DNA of 64,000 bases. Origin: Cystobasidiomycetes sp. EMM_F5. Taxonomy: Eukaryota. The position numbers were made by a program, and so were the translations under genes. Below, in pieces: positions 13,052-25,176 of the stretch (position 1 is its first letter; each line of letters begins with the position of its first letter). Location of the stretch: contig JBPGPT010000008.1 of assembly GCA_051047955.1 (NCBI GenBank), forward strand, positions 434,001-498,000, given 5' to 3'. The notes below the pieces were generated by a model, which saw nothing but the letters and a program-made list of their open reading frames with translations, was not told the origin of the DNA and ran no database searches.

Positions 13052-15235
13052 TTAAAATCCGTCGGTGTCTATGCTGACTCGCAGTCCTCTGGCTCCTTCT
13101 CCAGTCATTCGACGCGCTTCCAGGCGCGTGGGTCGGGAAGGGAATTCAAAACTTGAAAGTGCGCTTGCGCTACTCTGTCTTCGGGCATAGTCCACAGACG
13201 AGTCTCGGGTCGTTGTCACTTGTGGATGAAGATGTGATACAGGCGCAAAAGAAGCCTTTCGCGCAAGTGTCTCTCGTTGAGTGCGCTTCTGTGTTGTATC
13301 TGAGTGCAGCTGCGTCTGCGAGAGTCTGGCAAGGAAAGGGTTGTGGAAAGCCGGAACTGGACTATCTTGGGTCTCTGCAAACAGCTCTTCTACTGTCTTC
13401 GAGGATCCTTCGCACTGTGCAGCATTCGCTGTTTGAATGTCAAGGTGTTCAGTCTGACGCTCCCGCTCATCAGCATCGGAGGAGATTCTCGAGGATTCTG
13501 TGGATGTTGTACTAACGGAAGTCGTGGCCCGGTGTTGAGCTGATGCAGCTTGCAAAGTTGCGCTAGCCCCTGAGAACGGATTCCGAAGTGCGACTTTGCC
13601 TGGGGTCGTCAGAAATATCTCAGCAGGGCGTGGAGAAGGCTCCTGCGAGATCGACAGTCGTTGCCGTATACTGTGCGCGGGAGTGTCAGCATGCGTTGTC
13701 GCGGGCGAGAAATCCTGTAAGGATGTTTGTGCCGATCGGACAGACGGCGAAAGGTGCAAGAAGTTTGGCAACTGCTCCACCTCAGCGATACGTAGTGACG
13801 GTAGTCGCCGCGGTGACGATGCAGCGGTCTCAGTCTCAATTGCCAGTTGTTCTGGATACGCAGTAAGCCTAGAGTGGGCTTGTTCGACAAGGATGCTCTG
13901 CTTGTACAGGCTAGCGTCCGTATGTGACACCTGGCGTGTATGTTGTTTTGAGCGAACAGACTCTCCTGGAGATATGGGAATGCTTGAGACAAACGACGCC
14001 GAAGGCTGGTAGGTCCGTGCCCACGGGTTCACGTAGTCAACGTCAAAGACCCCGGCGGATAGTGGCGCCATGATTGGTACAGGCGAGTTGGAAGTGGAGT
14101 ACGATCTCGTACTGACAGGGGAAGCCTTAGCCGGACCAAAACTCGATGAGAATGCCACACGGTCCGCAGGTGCTGTTTGCGGACGCGCGACTCTGGGCGA
14201 AGTGGCTACATTTCGTGTGACAGAAACGCTCGGTGCCGACGGACGGTGTTTGGACACCGTGCTACGGACAGAAGGAGCCTGACGATTTCCCGATGCTCTG
14301 GTTGACGGACTGGAGCGACCGGAATCCAGGCGAGGAGTTTGCTGGCGGCCCAGAGGTATGATCGGGGATCTTACGGGTGCGGGTACTTGCTTAGATGTGA
14401 CGCCTTGTATCGAAGCAGCAGAATTCTTGCGTGACGCAGAGATCGAACTACGTATCGATCGCACTATAGACGAAAAGGAGGATCGCGGAGTCTTGGCATC
14501 ATTCACCTTACTCAGACTGTCCTTACGACTAGCCTGTGAATCGGTAATGGCTGGTGTGGAAACAGCTACAGCACTTTTGGTCGAGTTATCGGCAAGCACT
14601 ATGTGGTGCACCGGAACAGGTGTTTGTGGCAGCTGAGAACATGATACAAATGTCAGTTGAGAACGATACGACATTTTTACAGGAGAGTGAATCCGCCTTA
14701 CTGGCAACGGCGGTGGGATGAGCACCTCCTTTTTACGACCACCCAGACTTTTCATCATGGAATGTGCTGTTTTCGACAGCCGACGTTGTAAAGGGCCAGG
14801 GGTTGCCATGACCGAAGGAGAAGGAGGTACTGGTGCGCGCCGCGAGGCTACTAGGAAGTTGTCAGGCTCGACTGGAAGGATATGTTGACCAGCGTCCGCG
14901 GAAGGCAGATCATTAGGAGTCAGAGGTCCAAGACTGATTTGAGAATCATCAGAGCCGCGACCGTACTTCAGGTTCTTGTAGGACGGCTGCAATTGTGCGA
15001 TGTGGTCGGTCGTATTCGTCTGAACATTGAGATCGAGACAATCTGGTGTTTGTCGGCCAGCGGTCGAAGTCCGCGAATCAGGCTGAGATGATAGGGTTTT
15101 GCTACTGTGCAAAGCACTGGACACGGCGGAGGTTCTCGTACTGTCCGACCAACGCGATTGTGTGCGAAGTTGGTGGCTAATGGACGACTTTTCCGACAGG
15201 CTCTGTTGGCAGTATGAGTCCCTGGCTGACTGCAA
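13052..15235 (-). CDS. Hypothetical low-complexity Ser/Pro/Arg-rich, probably disordered protein; true start not determined
   Basis: 727-codon open frame, probable in-frame intron near 14634-14701, no recognisable domain. Confidence 0.55.
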   Translation of the reverse strand: MQSARDSYCQQSLSEKSSISHQLRTQSRWSDSTRTSAVSSALHSSKTLSSQPDSRTSTAGRQTPDCLDLNVQTNTTDHIAQLQPSYKNLKYGRGSDDSQISLGPLTPNDLPSADAGQHILPVEPDNFLVASRRAPVPPSPSVMATPGPLQRRLSKTAHSMMKSLGGRKKEVLIPPPLPVRRIHSPVKMSYRSQLTFVSCSQLPQTPVPVHHIVLADNSTKSAVAVSTPAITDSQASRKDSLSKVNDAKTPRSSFSSIVRSIRSSISASRKNSAASIQGVTSKQVPAPVRSPIIPLGRQQTPRLDSGRSSPSTRASGNRQAPSVRSTVSKHRPSAPSVSVTRNVATSPRVARPQTAPADRVAFSSSFGPAKASPVSTRSYSTSNSPVPIMAPLSAGVFDVDYVNPWARTYQPSASFVSSIPISPGESVRSKQHTRQVSHTDASLYKQSILVEQAHSRLTAYPEQLAIETETAASSPRRLPSLRIAEVEQLPNFLHLSPSVRSAQTSLQDFSPATTHADTPAHSIRQRLSISQEPSPRPAEIFLTTPGKVALRNPFSGASATLQAASAQHRATTSVSTTSTESSRISSDADERERQTEHLDIQTANAAQCEGSSKTVEELFAETQDSPVPAFHNPFLARLSQTQLHSDTTQKRTQRETLARKASFAPVSHLHPQVTTTRDSSVDYARRQSSASALSSFEFPSRPTRLEARRMTGEGARGLRVSIDTDGF

Positions 15236-16167
15236 CGGACATACGCGTAAGACGCCGGAACGCTAACGAAGATCAGTGCACGCGCTGATGTATACGATGA
15301 CAATGCCTGTACGCACTTCGTCCCAAAGTCCCCTTTCGTAAGTGCGGCCTTGAAAGCTGATACCGAGGCCCGACATCGTTTCGGATGCGCTGGATGTACC
15401 AGATACGACGATGTAGGATGGTGTCGGGACAGATGATATTGCCCGAGAAGAGGCTTGGGAGTGGAGACGCAGAGTGTCGCCGATAATGAAGCTGAGAAAG
15501 GCGGTCGCAAAGGACAGCCGCTACAGCTTCTTGCGGGAAAGGGAGAGAAGCTGAGAACAGTGCAGTTGTGCCAGCTAGGTCGCCCAGCAGACCGAAATCA
15601 TGAGGCTTTATCAGGGTCAGTCCGCTTCTCCGGGATCCGACCTCAGGTATCTCAGAGTTCCTTGCGAGACGGATGGTGCGACGGCAGACGGGAGTACCAC
15701 ATTACTGGAATTGATTGGCTGCGAAAGTCTTAGCGTTTTAGCGGACCTTTCCAGGTCATCACTGGCACCCGCCGGAAAAGGCAGCAGGTGTTGATTTGAA
15801 CCCTCAATTAAGCCAGCAGGCGGGCATTTGGGGCGCTGGTTTCACAGTCAGTAAGCACGCCGCCGCTGACCCTGGGCTAGCTGTCCATTATCCATATGGT
15901 CTGGTCGCATCTGGTCTCGCAGCATCATGGCAAAAGCTGTCGCAAATTTCGGCACAACTCGAGTGAAATGCTGAGGTTTTGAGCATACGGCACATGCGCA
16001 TGGTGTGCTCTGTTGCAGAAGTATCCGTAGCCCGACATGGCTCGGGTGCTTGTTGAAGGTCCGGAGTTGAGACGGAACAGAAAACGGCCAATCTTTTGGA
16101 ATACAACGACAAAATTTGCCAGACAGGCAGACGCTCAAATGCCTTCCACTGCACTCTCACTTCACTC

Positions 16168-19100
16168 TTAAGCCAACGCTTTCGCCCTTCTCCGCTGGTC
16201 CAAGATGTACCGTAGCGAAAAGGTATTCTCGTCACATCTGCGGGGATCATAGTCAGTCCGCAATCAGCAGGTGTAAAAGATGTCGACTCACATTCTAGCC
16301 ACATGCCCTTCAGCGTCCTTCAATGCTCGTTGCGCTTCACGCAAAGCGCTCGCGCACTCTGCATGGTTGCCGCGAAGGTATTTGCCGTGTTCAACAAGAA
16401 TGACTTCAATCCAGCGCAGTCCGAGCTCGACGTGCGGCGTCTCAGCCATAGACTTGGCTACGAAGCGCAAGAGTCGCTCGATGTATATCGGAGGGATACT
16501 CCGCACTAGCAATCTCAAGTCGACCGCAGGTATCGCTTGCCAAACTTGGCGTATCAGCGAAACTTCGCTCAGCCTGAATGCCATGACGAGAGCTTTGAGA
16601 TAATCTTGATCATGAAGCGTCTCGAGTATTGTTTCTGGCGTGATGTCCATGTCCAGCTCGAATGGGTCGAACGTGACACTATTGTCCAGCGAGTAAATGA
16701 GCAGACCATCTGTGGTCGCAGCTGCCCACGATTGGCCTGTCGGAGAGAAGCGTATGCATTTTGTCCGAGCTGATGGACGGTACTTGCGCTTGGACATGTC
16801 ACCGTTACGTACACCAGGAAGCGATTTGTCGATGCGGTCTTCCAAATCTTCCAAGTCTCCACGCTCGTCAATTCCTTCTCGCGGTCCAGCATCCGTCAAA
16901 TCCCGACTGTCAAGAAAGTCGAGAGTGCCTTCGAGCGAAAGGTTCTGACTTATTTCCCATCGCTTGAGCAACACCCCCTCCTTTACGTCGTACAAGCAGA
17001 CGTGCCGGCTGTTCCCGCCAGCGATGATGCACGATCCGTCGGCAGTGTACGTGACGCTCGTGAAGTAGTTGCCGCTCGTCGCATTCCGCGCAGCCATTCG
17101 GTCATCGGTCCTCCTTCCGGCGCTCATATCCTTGCGACCGTCAATGAGACCGCTCTGTCGTCCCTCTTTGACATCCCAAAAGATGACTTGACCAGCGAGG
17201 GTAGCAACCGCAACTTCTGTGGCATCCGGTCGATACGCAATAGCCAACCCGTCAGAAGTCAGGTTGAATGGCTCTACGCTAGTACTTCTGCCGTAAATAT
17301 CCCATATACGCGCGGTGCCATCCCATGATGCCGAAGCGATGCGTTCGCCTTGCGGAGAAAAGGCAATACTGGATATTGGCCCTTCGTGTCCGGGCAAGAT
17401 GTCGATGAGTCGGCCAGTCTGTACAGACCATGTGTAGAGTTCGAAAGCCTCGCCAGAACCTCCTGCAGCTACAATCTCGCCTGATGGGTCTACCGCCAGA
17501 CACGTGAATTGCACGGGTTTTGGAGAAGTAAATGTCCGGAAGTTTCGATACCGTATCAAGTCGAATGCGCGCACTGTACCGTCTAGTGACGCGGAAAATA
17601 GGACTTGACCCTGTTTTGCAACTTCTACAGCAGAGATAGCTGACGTGTGGTCTGTGAATGTGACGTGGCAGAATCCACTAGCCGTCGACCAGACTTTGAG
17701 CTTGCCGTCGTCTCCGCCAGTCGCGACTGTCTGTCCATCCGCACTAAAAGCTAAACTATTCATATCGTAATAGTGCCCTTGCTGTTTCAAAACGTAGGAC
17801 TCGCTCTGCCATTCCCACACCAATAGCTGTCCGAGCTGTTGTGCACCGAAAGCCAGCCATTCGCCAGATGGGCTGATGGCGACAGACGAAATCTTCTCTT
17901 GGCTGATTGAAAGCGTGTGAATGTTTGTGAAGGAGGGTAATTCATACAAGCCGAATATGCCAGTAGAGAAGCCGACAACCAAGAGTGAAGAAGCTTGGTG
18001 GAAAGCGACGGACGATACTTTGGTCGATGTTTGGTTGAAGTAGTGCCTTTCGGAAATACCCCATGTGATACTGATAGCTGGCGTGAGCGACGATGTTGAT
18101 GGTGCACTCGGCTCGAACGCGTCTTCATCATCATCGTCGTCGTCATCTTCCTCAAGACGCTTTTTGCGCCAGACGAACAGCGCGCCGTCCTTGCTGACCG
18201 TGTATATCTGAAACGGAGCGATGAGCGGTTTTAGGCCCATTACACCTGTACACCAACTCACCGTATGCTGATCTTTGCCAAAGTATGCGCCGAGAACCTG
18301 ATCTCTGTGCCCTGCAAAGGTCTTTGGCCTAAACCCTTCTACGGGGTGCAGGGTAAACAGGCGTGCTGTCGAGTCTTTGGATGTAGACAAGAAACATCTG
18401 GGATAGGTTTGAAGTCAGTTTTGTAGTTGTACAGCATCGCACAAGAGCGTACTGGCTGTCTGGCGACCATGTTAACGACAGTGCATCGTCATAATGACCG
18501 GTATACACGCGATGCAGCACAAACGGCGCAAACTCGCGGACAAGGGTAGATGGCGTCTTCCAGACTTGAACATGTGTAGCGTGCGTAGCAGCGATGTATC
18601 TACGAAGGACCACTATGTTCAGTTCTGCAAATGTACTCGTCTTTATGGGACAAGACATACTTTCCGTCTGGCGAAAATTGTACATCTCGTACGGGCGCCT
18701 TGAAGTTGAAATGAACAGACACGAAACCCCTTCGGAAATCAACTAGCAATGCTCGTCCATCTGTAAATTTCAAAATATCAGATTTTGCCGTATGGACCAG
18801 TAAGTAGCCAGAGGAAAAGACGGACCTTCGTCCACGCTAATAAGAGTGAGGTTGTCTGGGGAGAGAGCTATCCGTGCGATATTCTTGCGGTTCTCAAAGG
18901 GCAGTACCCGGTTCTTGTTGCTGGAAAGCAGGTTAGTTGCCACAATAATTATCAACGGTGTTCAGCTCCCAGCCAACTATGCGATGCCAACGACCAGCTC
19001 ACTTGACGAGGTCGAATACGCCGACTCGGTTTCCAATGGGCGACACTACGGCGTTGCCGTCTTTCGTAAACAGGACGTTGCCCTAGACACCACTCCAATT

Positions 19101-19211
19101 TCATCAGCATCATGGATTTCCCCGACAATGATTGCTCTCGATGCCAGTCGCCCGCACCTGCTTGTAGACTGTCCCGCAGAGATTGGCGAGCTGAAAGTTA
19201 CTCTTGACCAT
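16168..19211 (-). CDS. PWP2: U3 snoRNP / SSU processome WD40 protein Pwp2 (Utp1)
   Basis: N-terminal MVKSNFQLANLCGTVYKQ; LGQLLVWEWQSESYVLKQQGH; RAFDLIRYRNFRTFTSP; FDPFELDMDITP; C-terminal Utp12-like region ending CDENTFSLRY. Confidence 0.97.
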
Positions 19212-19465
19212 GGCTTGCAGTGGGTTCTGTCGGAGTTCATGCAAGAGCTGGCGAGGATAATGATGGCGAGGATAACGATGGCAACTGACAAGGAATACAA
19301 CGACGAAAGGCAGAATCTGTTGACAAAATGTATATTTTAATTGACTATTATGCTGATGGAGCTACATAAGCGACGTTCGAATAAACGATTAGTCAACAAG
19401 GTCTAATCATGTCTGGATCGAAGTATCACCTCCTCGGAAACGCAAACGCCTCCTTTTCTTCTCCC

Positions 19466-20320
19466 CTACGAAGGCTTCTTGTACCCCTCAACATCGGTAC
19501 TGTTGCTGAGCTGCTCAAAGCGCTTCACATTCTCCTTGTAGGTATCGAGCTTCTTGAGGATGCGCTCGTAGGCGTCTGTTCCGACGATGCAGCGGAGTGG
19601 AGGGTTGTCGATGACTGCCAGCTCATAGAAGACTGCCGCTCCCTTCTTTGGGTCTCCAGCTTGTGTACCGTTTCGTTCTCCCATGGTCTTCTTGGCATCG
19701 AGGTGGTCGTAAGCTGGATTCTTGTTTTCCCCGAAATCCATACTCCTTCCTGCCCAGTCTGTTCGGAACCCACCTGGCTCGATGCAGGTGAGCGAGATGT
19801 TCCATTCCTTCTTGAGCTCCTGCTGCAGTGCCTCGGTGAAACCTTCCACTGCCCATTTGGAAGCGCAGTAGATGGAGAAGAGGGGAACGCCAGTTTGTCC
19901 ACCGATGCTTGTGACTTGCTGGATCCGCCCACCCGTTTTCTGCTCGCGCATCACTTCCAATGCTTTGCGAGTGACGTCGATGAGACCGAAAAAGTTGATT
20001 TCCATCTGGGTGCGAATCTGCTTTTCGCTAAGACTTTCAAACTCTCCTCCGAGCCCATATCCTGCATTGTTGCACACGACGTCGATGTGCTTGAATTTGG
20101 CAATCCCAGCTTTGAAGGCTTTATCGATGGATGACTTGTCGGTGACGTCCAAGTCTACTGCTAGGAAGTTTTCTTCGGTTGCTCCCTCAGACGTAAAGTC
20201 GAGCTTGCTGCTGTTTCTCGCAGTCGCAACGACATGGTCTCCCTTGGCGAGGATGATCTTTACATACTCGTTGCCGAAGCCAGTGCTGGTGCCGGTGATG
20301 AGGAATACACGGGGTGCCAT
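19466..20320 (-). CDS. Classical short-chain dehydrogenase/reductase, intronless (284 aa)
   Basis: TGTSTGFG, NNAG, YCASK catalytic motif and EPGGFRTDW in one uninterrupted ORF. Confidence 0.93.
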   Translation of the reverse strand: MAPRVFLITGTSTGFGNEYVKIILAKGDHVVATARNSSKLDFTSEGATEENFLAVDLDVTDKSSIDKAFKAGIAKFKHIDVVCNNAGYGLGGEFESLSEKQIRTQMEINFFGLIDVTRKALEVMREQKTGGRIQQVTSIGGQTGVPLFSIYCASKWAVEGFTEALQQELKKEWNISLTCIEPGGFRTDWAGRSMDFGENKNPAYDHLDAKKTMGERNGTQAGDPKKGAAVFYELAVIDNPPLRCIVGTDAYERILKKLDTYKENVKRFEQLSNSTDVEGYKKPS

Positions 20321-20624
20321 GGTGTTTAAACTCAGGAAAATGGTAAGGAGGCAACCTGCGAAGGCGTAAACACTGCTCTTTGGATGCTGTCGCAGTATGT
20401 CGTCACCAGAAAGTCGCCGAGGAGTAAATGGACGCAGTTGACGCACCCGCGGGAGGACTGGATATCCAAAAATATTATTGTAGATATAGATGGACTATAT
20501 GGTGTACTGCAGCAAATGAAGCTTCAACTTGCTTTGCTACTGTTTATTGTAAACTGAAGCCCTACATGCAAGATTATCCTGAAACTGCCCTTTGACTCCT
20601 GACCCACTCGAGCTGCACTCCACC

Positions 20625-23081
20625 ATGGTCACCGCCAGTACGTCGTCTGCACCACCCACTGCAAAGCGAGTACCCGTGTCCATTGAAGCACTCCTGGCGC
20701 AGCAGAGGTCCGAAAAGGATGCACAGGCTCGTCCAAAGTTTCTGACAAGGGCACAGCGGGAAGCACTGGCGAGAGAGAAGGAGGACGAGGTCAAGAAGAG
20801 GCAGACGGGAAAGGTCGAGGAGTCGCAGCGGAGGAGGGAGGAGTTTGAAGCGAGCGTAAAGGCCGTCTCGTCGTCGGGACAGCGAGACAACCGATACGAC
20901 GACAGGCGGAGGGGAAACTACAATGGACAGTCGAATACATCCTCGAGCAATGCCCCGACTGGCCCTCGAGCTATGCGCGATGGAGGACGCAACGATGCAA
21001 ATCCGAGTCATGCCCGCCAGCACGACAATCGTCCATCATACCGCAACAATACGAATGGCAACGCCAACGGAGCATCTACCTCATCCAATGGTACTGCTCC
21101 ATCAGCGTCAACATCTGCGCTCAATGCCGGCGACTCAGCAAACACAGACATGCCCGTATACGACCTCGCAGCCGTAAAGGCTCGGTATCTAGGCGACAAG
21201 AGCGGACAAGCAAAACGAAAGATTCGCAAACAGTCCGACAAGAAGTTTGTCTTTGACTGGGACAAGGCAGAGGATACTGCTACCGCCCACGAGGTGGATC
21301 CCCTATACCGCGCCCTGAGAGCCGGAGATTCAGCAGCAGCTATTGCTCAGTACCGTAAACCTATGCAAGACACAAATGGTGGTAAAATTGCGGAAATCGA
21401 TAATGACGAAACCGACGTAGCGCTAGCAGGGCCGAAAGCGCTCACGACTGGGAAATCCCGCTTGAATGCGGTATTGGACGAACGGCACTGGACGGAAAAG
21501 ACGCTAGACGAGATGAAGGAACGAGACTGGCGCATCTTTCGTGAAGATTTCAGTATCGCTGCTCGAGGTGGAAGCATACCTTTGCCCATGCGGTACTGGC
21601 ACGAATCGGCAATCCCTGATCAACTACAGGACATCATTGCAAGTGTTGGTTACGAGCAGCCAAGTGCTATTCAGAGACAAGCCATTCCCATCGGCCTCAA
21701 TGTGCGAGATATGATTGGTATTGCCGAGACTGGCTCTGGTAAAACTGCAGCATTTGTCATTCCCATGCTTGCGTACATTTCCAGATTACCTCCGCTCAGC
21801 GATGCGAATCGTCACATGGGACCGTACGCACTCATCATTGCACCGACAAGAGAACTCGCTCAACAGATTGAGACGGAGACCAAGAAGTTCACAGATCGAC
21901 TGGGATACACTTGCGTTTCAATTGTCGGTGGCCGAAATATGGAGGAACAGTCTTTGAGCATGCGGAATGGAGCAGAAATCATCATTGCAACACCTGGTCG
22001 ACTAAAAGACTGTATCGAGCGAAGTGTCGTCGTCTTTTCTCAGTGTACGTATGTCGTCATGGATGAGGCAGACCGAATGATTAGCTTGGGCTTCGAGGAC
22101 GTCATCAATTTCATCCTCGATACTCTGCCCGTTAGCAACCTCAAGCCAGATACAGAAGAAGCAGAAGATGCTTCCAAGATGTTGCAAAAGCTTATTGGTG
22201 GGGAAGATGGTGCGCCGCTGGCGGACGTATACATGTATCGGCAAACGGTAAATACCCTGTCACCAACGATGCGCGATGCATGCTGATGTGTATTTTACGC
22301 AGATGATGTTTTCCGCCACGATGCCACCCGCGTGCGAACGGCTAGCCCGAAAGTATCTTCGGCGGCCTGCAATCGTTACCATTGGTGTGGCCGGACAAGC
22401 TGTGGATCGTGTCGAGCAACGTGTCGAATTCATCACTGGCGATGACAAGCGCAAGGCGCGAATGCTGGACATCATGGCCAACGAAGGGTTTGCTCCTCCC
22501 ATCATTGTTTTTATTCGGACAAAGAAGGAAGCCGACGTCGTTGCTCGCGATATCAGTCGAGCTGGATGGCGTGCCACTACTCTTCATTCCGGCAAGACGC
22601 AGGAACAGAGAGAAGCTGCGTTGCGCGAGTTGCGTGCAGGAGATGCCGATGTGCTTGTCGCGACAGATCTTGCTGGAAGAGGTATCGACGTGCAGGACGT
22701 ATCACTCGTCATCAACTTCCACATGGCAGGCTCTATCGAATCTTATGTTCATCGTATCGGTCGAACAGGTCGTGCAGGCAAACTCGGTGTTGCAGTCACC
22801 TTCCTCAGCGACGTGAGCAGCTGTACTACTGAAACCCAGTCGATGCTGACTGACACAGTCATTGTCTTTCCAGGCCGATGCCGATGTCATGTATGATTTG
22901 AAGCAGGAAATTAGCAAATCTCCAGTCAGCAAGGTACCGCAGGAACTGAGCAAGCACGAGGCAGCGCAGTCAAAGGTGTGTGTCTGTAACACAGTTTTCT
23001 CTTAATAAGCGCATAGCTGACTGTCGCCATCATCTGCAGATGTCGTGGGCAATGAAGCGGAAAGCCGATGATATGGATTAA
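20625..23081 (+). CDS. PRP28: Pre-mRNA splicing DEAD-box RNA helicase Prp28
   Basis: [49 protein letters not shown]; terminal exon [13 protein letters not shown]. Confidence 0.97.
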
Positions 23082-23194
23082 TGCACTGGATTCCCCTAAT
23101 GTACAATGCTAAACATATTCGAGGCACAAAAGCTCTAGGCGTGCTACAGAATGGGCATTTCTTCAAATTATACAAACGACCCAACTCTGCAACG

Positions 23195-24665
23195 CTATAA
23201 TTGCAAATCTGCGGAGGGCGGTTCAGCATGCCGTATAACAGAGCCCACTTGCGAAGGGACTCACCTAATATGCTATTCGGGCACAATTCGCTGTATTTGA
23301 GCTTACTGCGGTCGTGTGCGAAATGCACATACGCATTCTCCAACCGGGATAGGATGATTGGCCTGAAACGAGGGTCTTGCGACATTGTCCACCACACCTT
23401 GCCGAAGAGCGTCTCGAGATTATATTTAGTGGCATCCATGTTATAATGAACTGCGACAGGCAGCTCTCCAGTATATTTCTCCTGTTGTATGCATCGCGCG
23501 TCAGTGAATCGTTACTCTCAAATGCAGTTTATACGGACATATATTAAGGGCGGCAATAGCTCGGTGGGTACGGTACCGTTTACCTTGTCAAAATCGGCAG
23601 GCTGGCGAACAGGCATGATGACGCCCTCGCCTGGTCCGGCGGTAGTCCAGAACAAGCGGTACCAGTAATCGATCTTAAACGGAGGTATGGGGGTTGCAAG
23701 CATTTCGTTGAAGAATGTCTGGTCGTTCTCGTATGGTCTCTCCGCCAACGAATCGTTCAAGACATGGTAAAAGTCACGCATGTCGTCCAGTCGTCCCATG
23801 ATATCGCCCGAGTTGGCAAATTGGGGTCGGCGGCTGAAGAAGATGATTTATGTTCAGCCTGCGTATGCACCTACGTCAGCATCGACGTACTCGTCTGGAA
23901 ATACACCCAGTGGTATTGGTGATGGTGGGGCATGTGTGCACTCGTAACTGTCTTCTTTGTTTGGCCAACACCACTCGTCGGCTCCAATGACAATCTTTGC
24001 GTCTAGCTCATGAAATCGTCCTGCCAACGTTTTTGGTCCTAATTGCAGCCACAGGTCATAGCTGGACAGACGTTAGTTTCGGGGCCAGTCTGAAAGGAAG
24101 GATTTTGCCAGACCAACCTATCGGCCATCACGACGAGATCACTGGGATCAGCATCTCGAAGGTAGCTGACGAGGTAGTCGTATACTCCCGGAATCTTGGC
24201 GGCGTACAACTCGTCTTTTGTCATAATGAGGTCCCAGTTGACGATGACCGGTTCGTAGCCGTTGATGCATGCCGCCAGAAGGGACTTGCAAGAAAGCGAT
24301 CCGTGTGAACGTTTATCTAGTGGAAAGACCAGGTGCACACGTTCCGATGGGGTAGCAGACTTTGGTGATACCGTTTGGCTTGACCATAGGTATACGACCA
24401 GGAGAACGCCCGAAGAGACAATGGCGCCAATGATGATATGCCAGCGGGACGCTAATCTGCGAGCGGATCTTGAGCTGTATGAAAAGAATGGTGTCAAATT
24501 GTGATTCTTTCGTAATTTGTTTGATATCTCAACACACCTCGTTGGCTGGGTTGACCAGTTATCATCAAGACTGCTGCCATCTCCCGGCGATAGAGCGATG
24601 TACGCTGCCTGAGACGACTTTGACATTGACGACCTTGAGTACGGCTTGGTGCTGTGATGGGCCAT
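23195..24665 (-). CDS. Type II membrane glycosyltransferase-like protein with a PLOD/LH3-type GT-A domain
   Basis: N-terminal TM (WHIIIGAIVSSGVLLVVYLW); spliced VVMADS|YDLWL, KIVIGADEWCWP, FANSGDIMG, NDQTFF, TGELPVAVHYN match the DSYD / AExxCWP / NSG / DQ motifs of PLOD GT domains. Confidence 0.75.
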
Positions 24666-25176
24666 TCGACGAGAATATATATACTGCTCGAGCTTGGTTG
24701 TCTTTTTGCGATTGGGCCTGACGGCGCACTTGTCTTTCAGTCAAGCTGTGCTGTCAGGATGACCATTACGCAGAGACTGCTGTGCCAGACGCAACGACCC
24801 TGCTGGCGATAGGGTATCCTCTCGTCGGTCAACTGGAGCGAATGCAATTGTTGCCATTTCTGGACTCGAATGGCTGGACATCCCCCCAAAACCTGATCCG
24901 CCAAGCATTAACACGTAGATCACTCAAACCGGTGCACAGTATACGTGTCGTGCTAAGGAACGTCAACTTCTAAGTACCAATTGTCGGGGCAAAGGTCCCT
25001 GTCAGAAGGTATCCGTTAACGGTCATGGCTTGTTTGGACATGACTTGCGAAACGCGAAACAACGACATGGCTACAATGCAGCAGTTCGACCTGCTTGGCA
25101 TACTCCGTCCATGCGGACAGTGTGAATCACAATGCACCACTTCAACCATCGACCGGCAGCGGATCCTGAAAATAAC

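Noticed and set aside
19409..20134. 241-aa plus-strand ORF opposite the SDR (and similar shadow ORFs at 7601-8350 and 52126-52944)
   Set aside because: Explained by codon bias of the real minus-strand genes
23002..23195. Apparent antisense coding overlap between the PLOD-like GT ORF (23002-23439) and the last exon of PRP28
   Set aside because: A canonical intron (gtgagt...ccgcag, about 23265-23209) leads to a stop at 23195-23197, so the coding regions probably do not overlap
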